Assembly (NCBI GenBank): GCA_963827685.1
Contig: CAWHBU010000001.1
Location: 64,001-128,000, forward strand
Direction: 5' to 3'
Length of the DNA stretch: 64,000 nt
Source: an uncultured delta proteobacterium
GTDB lineage: Bacteria; Desulfobacterota; BSN033; UBA1163
This document shows positions 59,697-64,000 of the stretch, one piece after another. Numbering within the stretch: the first letter of the stretch is position 1; every line of letters starts with the position of its first letter. A program made the translations under genes and the position numbers. The notes under the pieces are model-generated. The model ran no database searches. It was not told where the DNA came from and saw only the letters and a list, made by a program, of their open reading frames with translations.

Positions 59697-59725
59697 TTGA
59701 CAAGGAATGACAAAAAAGATAGTCT
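59697..59725 (+). promoter_or_regulatory. Sigma-70-type promoter for the deacetylase gene
   Basis: TTGACA-N17-TAGTCT. Confidence 0.5.
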
Positions 59726-59777
59726 AAATTGAACAATTTTGGAAGGTTATCCTTTGTTCGAAGCATGAGGAGGATAG

Positions 59778-60836
59778 ATGAACCGAACGGGGGTTGTCAA
59801 GGATCGAAGATATATGGAGCACGTGATGGACCCTGGTCATCCGGAGAGTCCAGAGCGACTTCGGGAGATTTATCAAGGAATCGAGGAGGAGGAGATGAAG
59901 GGCCGGGTTCTCTCGAAGGTAAAGCCTCGACTCGCCACCCGCGAGGAGTTAGAGATGGTTCACTCCCCTGCCTATATCGATCTGATCGCCTCGACTGCGG
60001 GGAAGCCTCATGTCCGGCTCGATGCAGACACCTCTACCTGTGCAAAGTCCTATGAAGCCGCCCTTCTTGCTGCCGGAGGCCTCCTGGAGCTGATCAAGGT
60101 TGTGATGCAAGGAAAATTGAATAACGGATTTGCGCTGGTACGACCTCCTGGCCATCACGCAGAGCGGGATAGGGCGATGGGATTCTGTCTCTTCAACAAC
60201 GTGGCGATCGGCGCACACTATGCGCTCAAGAATTTCTCCCTCCAGAGAATCCTGATTGTAGACTGGGATGTCCACCACGGAAATGGCACGCAGAACTCCT
60301 TTTACGAAGACCCGCGGGTCCTTTACTTTTCTACTCATCGCTACGTTTTCTATCCGGGGACAGGGGCAGCAACAGAGGTTGGAAGGGGCCGGGGAGAGGG
60401 ATTCACCGTAAACGTCCCTCTTTCGCCCGGAGCGGGTGATACGGAATATGGAATCGTCTTTGAAAAGATCCTTAAGCCCATCGCTCTGGAATATCAACCC
60501 CAGTTAATCTTGGTCTCAGCCGGGTTCGATACCCATTACAATGATCCTTTGGGTGGAATGGAGGTGACAGAAAGAGGATTTGCCAGGATGACTCAAATCC
60601 TGATGGAGATAGCAGACGCCACGACTCAAGGAAAATTGGTTCTCACGCTTGAGGGGGGTTACAATGTTGCGGCTCAGAGACGGTCTGTGAAGGCCGTCTT
60701 AGAAGAACTTTCTCAGGCCTTGCCCCTCGATAAGAAAGACCTGCCGGAAGAAGAGAAGGCCAATTATCCCAGAATGGAGAAATTCCTCCTTCAATTGAAG
60801 GAGATACAGAAACGATACTGGAAGAACCTTGAATAG
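59778..60836 (+). CDS. Histone deacetylase family protein
   Basis: HPESPER, RPPGHHA, DWDVHHGNGTQ, SAGFD, LEGGY. Confidence 0.96.
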   Translation: MNRTGVVKDRRYMEHVMDPGHPESPERLREIYQGIEEEEMKGRVLSKVKPRLATREELEMVHSPAYIDLIASTAGKPHVRLDADTSTCAKSYEAALLAAGGLLELIKVVMQGKLNNGFALVRPPGHHAERDRAMGFCLFNNVAIGAHYALKNFSLQRILIVDWDVHHGNGTQNSFYEDPRVLYFSTHRYVFYPGTGAATEVGRGRGEGFTVNVPLSPGAGDTEYGIVFEKILKPIALEYQPQLILVSAGFDTHYNDPLGGMEVTERGFARMTQILMEIADATTQGKLVLTLEGGYNVAAQRRSVKAVLEELSQALPLDKKDLPEEEKANYPRMEKFLLQLKEIQKRYWKNLE

Positions 60837-60884
60837 GCTGATGGTTATTTTTCTCAGCCTGCAAAAAAAGTTTTTCAGAACGTG

Positions 60885-61169
60885 TTAAGCTCCACCTGTG
60901 TTCACCATCTCTTTCAGTTCTTTTCCGACCTTAAAGAAAGGGAGTTTCTTCGGCGGGACATCCACGATCTCCCCGGTCTTCGGGTTTCGGCCTTTGTAGC
61001 CCCCGTAATTTCTCACCACAAAGCTTCCAAATCCTCTGATCTCGATTCGTTCTCCCTTCTCCAGACTTTCCTTCATCCCGTCGAAAAGGGTGTCGACAAT
61101 GACCTTGGCAACCTTCTGTGTCACATTCGCCTTCTCTGAGACCTTCGTAATCAGTTCAGCCTTGTTCAT
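60885..61169 (-). CDS. ihfB: Integration host factor beta subunit
   Basis: ERIEIRGFGSF, GRNPKTG, PFFKVGKELKE. Confidence 0.88.
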   Translation of the reverse strand: MNKAELITKVSEKANVTQKVAKVIVDTLFDGMKESLEKGERIEIRGFGSFVVRNYGGYKGRNPKTGEIVDVPPKKLPFFKVGKELKEMVNTGGA

Positions 61170-61184
61170 AGTTCCTCCCTTCCA

Positions 61185-61300
61185 TTAAACTAAGTGACTT
61201 CGAATATATTGCACCGCATTTCTAAAAAAGGCAAGACCCATTCCCTCTTCAGGCAACTCCTCTCGCGTCCAGCGAGGATGATTGGTTCGGTGAAGATAGG
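61185..61300 (-). pseudogene. C-terminal remnant of PurQ-like glutaminase
   Basis: AYLHRTNHPRWTREELPEEGMGLAFFRNAVQY matches the C-terminal pattern of deltaproteobacterial PurQ; the rest of the gene is missing. Confidence 0.65.
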
Positions 61301-61414
61301 CTGTGGTGCCATAACCCGTGATCACAATGGAGCGAGCCACTTTCTTTTTCAACCACTCTCCGTGATTCGTGACTCGCGTTGATGATTCGTAATTTTTCAA
61401 GAAATTGATAACTC

Positions 61415-62842
61415 TTAACTCCGAACTCCGAACTCGGAACTTTTTTTACGGACTCCATCCACCAGCTCACCAAAGGTCTTTTCAAAACCTACCCGGTTCT
61501 TGTTAGCCGAACCCGCCAAAACAATCTCTCCCCCGGGGCCCTTGGGAATTCTTACCCATACCCTTTGATGGGAAAAGAAGAAGGAGACAATGAGGCCGAA
61601 AATCATCAGTCCGCACCCGATCCAGACCACCCAGACTCCCGGGTCTTTTGTCACCGAAAGTCCGGTATATTCCCTGGGAGAATCCCCCTCAAAGGTGAGG
61701 ATGAACTCATCCTTCCTCTGCTCATCGAATTTTGGATAGGCTCTCAATAACCAAAAAGGTAGGGACTCCTGGTTGGGCTTGAACAAGACCACCTGAACTC
61801 CTTCCCCAAAGTTGTGGACTTGAGGAGCATATTGCAGAACCCGAATGAGATCATTGGAATTTGGGACTGGAACCGTGGTCCCTTCAGGAGCCTTAAAAGT
61901 TGCCCTCTCCTTTTTGTTCTTCCACTGAATGCCCAATGTGACATCGTGGACAGTTCCATAATTAGCCTGATAGAAAGCCAACCCTTTATAGTGAAGGGGA
62001 TGATTGACCTGGACGGCCTTCTTCAAAACCTCTTTCCCATTTTCGAGAATCGTGAGGACGCTCGTATATTCCTTTACATGTTTTTCTTTTCTTCCAGGAA
62101 GGTCATAATAGGTGATTTTGAAATCATCGCAATGCACAGAAAAACTGAGGGGTTTCGGGATCTCTCTATCTTTTATCCGCACATAAATCTGATCTGCCGT
62201 TTCCCCCTCTAAGATGTTGACAAAACCCTTGAAGCCAAACTGGGATCCAATCAATCCTCCGATCAGGATGATGAGAATGCTCAGATGGGTGCCATATACC
62301 CCTAATCTGGAAAATCTACCCTTCTCTGAAAAGAGAGTAACCACCTTTTCTGTCTCAATTCGTTTCGGGTTCCCAAACCACTTCTTCAGATGAGTTTGGA
62401 TAACCTCTTCTCCCTTGGCTTCGGCTTGGGTTGGAATTCGGATTCTCTCTACATAAGGAAGGGTCTTCAACATCGAATCCTCCAACCCGCTTGAACTGGA
62501 TTCATGGAGAATCTGTCGCCAGACACCGGGAAGGCGTTGAAGAGAGCAAACGATTAGATTGAGCGCCATCAGAGAAAGCATGGCCTTGAACCACCATGAA
62601 TGGAAGATGTCGAAGAGACCGAAGAAACTCAGCACCTCATAGAGCCTAACGCCGTACCACCGAATATAATCTGATCGAGGTGCATTCTGCGTGATCAGTG
62701 TGCTGCCAATAAAGGAAAAAATAGCAAGCAGAATGAAGAGAAAAATGGTCAGTTTAAGCGACCGAAAAAGGTCATAGATTATGGAAAGGACCCCACTCTC
62801 CTTCGCTTTAGCCGCGTCTTTGGATTCTTTCATAGTATTCAT
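61415..62842 (-). CDS. resB: Cytochrome c biogenesis protein ResB/CcsB
   Basis: SWWF, NLIVCS, HLSILIILIG, VNHPL, YTGL, DPG. Confidence 0.93.
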   Translation of the reverse strand: MNTMKESKDAAKAKESGVLSIIYDLFRSLKLTIFLFILLAIFSFIGSTLITQNAPRSDYIRWYGVRLYEVLSFFGLFDIFHSWWFKAMLSLMALNLIVCSLQRLPGVWRQILHESSSSGLEDSMLKTLPYVERIRIPTQAEAKGEEVIQTHLKKWFGNPKRIETEKVVTLFSEKGRFSRLGVYGTHLSILIILIGGLIGSQFGFKGFVNILEGETADQIYVRIKDREIPKPLSFSVHCDDFKITYYDLPGRKEKHVKEYTSVLTILENGKEVLKKAVQVNHPLHYKGLAFYQANYGTVHDVTLGIQWKNKKERATFKAPEGTTVPVPNSNDLIRVLQYAPQVHNFGEGVQVVLFKPNQESLPFWLLRAYPKFDEQRKDEFILTFEGDSPREYTGLSVTKDPGVWVVWIGCGLMIFGLIVSFFFSHQRVWVRIPKGPGGEIVLAGSANKNRVGFEKTFGELVDGVRKKSSEFGVRS

Positions 62843-63066
62843 TGAATAATATTTTATAAGATAGAGAAATTTCTACCCTGCCTGAAGTGGAATATAACAG
62901 GCAGCGAAGTATTTGAAATATTTAACATATCCTCTTGTTTGCTGTCAACCCTTCGATTTTCTTCCCCTTATAAAAGAAAAGGCAGAAATGACTCAGGGTT
63001 GACCCTGAGCGCGGCCTTCGTCTCCGCTTTGCAGAGCAAGATTTAGTCGCAGTTGAAGGGTCAAGC

Positions 63067-63102
63067 AAAAAGGGGTAATTCCTTTTTAGGAACTACCCCT
63101 TT
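63067..63102 (-). terminator. Intrinsic terminator after cytochrome c3
   Basis: AGGGGTAGTTCC-TAAAAA-GGAATTACCCCT-TTTT. Confidence 0.85.
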
Positions 63103-63130
63103 CTAATTTACTCTTGATGAAAACTTCAGT

Positions 63131-63499
63131 CTACTTCTTTTCCTTTACATGGCACTGAGTGCATCCTGTTGGGCCGGCAGGTTTGTTGGCCTTCTTCGCT
63201 TCCTCATGGCAGCCCTTGCAGTCCTTATGGGCGGCCTCTTTCATCGAAGGAGTCTTTCCTTCTGCCTTGGCCTTATGACAATCAACACACAATTTACCAG
63301 TGGTCTCGCCCTTCTTCCAGGTATGGTGGCATTTCATGCAATCGTACTTCAGGTCCACATGCTTCTTATGGGCAAATGTCACTTTTCCATAAGGAACATC
63401 GAACGTGATCACATCTTTTGCAGCAAAAGCCCCAGTGACCATCAGGATGGAGAGCAGGAAACCTGCCAGGATCCCTATGCTGATCAACCCTTTTTTCAT
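63131..63499 (-). CDS. Tetraheme cytochrome c3 family protein
   Basis: Signal peptide, FAHKKH, four CxxCH motifs. Confidence 0.95.
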   Translation of the reverse strand: MKKGLISIGILAGFLLSILMVTGAFAAKDVITFDVPYGKVTFAHKKHVDLKYDCMKCHHTWKKGETTGKLCVDCHKAKAEGKTPSMKEAAHKDCKGCHEEAKKANKPAGPTGCTQCHVKEKK

Positions 63500-63697
63500 T
63501 ATTGTCTCACCCCCTTTCCTTCAATATCTGTCTGCCTCTTAATCAACTTTTTAGACTAAAAAAGTCTATCAAATATTCATTCTTTGTCAAGAAAAAAAAG
63601 GGAAAAATTTGGGATCTCTGAAAATTTTTTTATCTTTGATAACTTGGCTTGGCCCTTGCCTGACAGATTGAATTCACCTATGTCTTTAAGATCAAAG

Positions 63698-63922
63698 TTA
63701 ACATCCCCTCTCAGTCGCGCACGAGGTGAAGATGATCTCCATCGCGTGTGCTCCGATTAATTCCGCTACCTGTGCCCGTGCCGTCTCGATCACCGTCTTC
63801 AGCTTTGAGCCAAACTTGTATGTACTTGATGGATTACCCCATTCAGAGGTCAGATACGGCATCATTGCTTCCAGTACCTCGGGCAGCACCGGAGTAGTCG
63901 CATTGTAATCTAGGTAAATCAT
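63698..63922 (-). pseudogene. Truncated NifS/IscS cysteine desulfurase
   Basis: [11 protein letters not shown]...GNPSS...[10 protein letters not shown], then a stop after 74 aa. Confidence 0.85.
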
Positions 63923-64000
63923 AATACACTCACTACATGAAGAGGTTAAATCCCTCCCGACCTCCCTTTTCCAAAGGGAGAAAAAGGCTTGTGTTGCAAC

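Overview
Chromosomal window from an anaerobic Gram-negative bacterium, most consistent with Desulfobacterota/Deltaproteobacteria (tetraheme cytochrome c3, ResB, Na+-translocating decarboxylase subunits, a selenoprotein, sigma-54 promoters, a GEMM riboswitch). The housekeeping backbone includes purE, sua5, tatD, ilvE, tmk-holB-ricT-metG-dciA, larB and ihfB. Accessory DNA interrupts it in several places. (i) An IS1182 end, an IS110 with a readable bridge-RNA locus, and an intact IS4. (ii) A c-di-GMP-I riboswitch controlling a repeat-rich lipoprotein. (iii) A run of degenerate integron-like cassettes at 13.5-20 kb. (iv) An island at 36.4-43.4 kb built around a diverged duplication of the 3' end of a DUF3047 gene. 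It carries a Cas4-like/exonuclease/IS66-DDE fusion and a compact four-gene ParB-like + helical protein + nuclease-like + Zn-finger PAPS-reductase operon, the best candidate for an undescribed DNA modification/defence system. Two unassigned structured RNAs also stand out: a sigma-54-driven GEMM-like leader with terminator at about 50.9-51.0 kb and an ornate RNA of about 280 nt at 59.4-59.7 kb. Intergenic DNA is dense with nested REP/MITE-type palindromes. All family assignments come from motif recognition by eye; no database searches were run.
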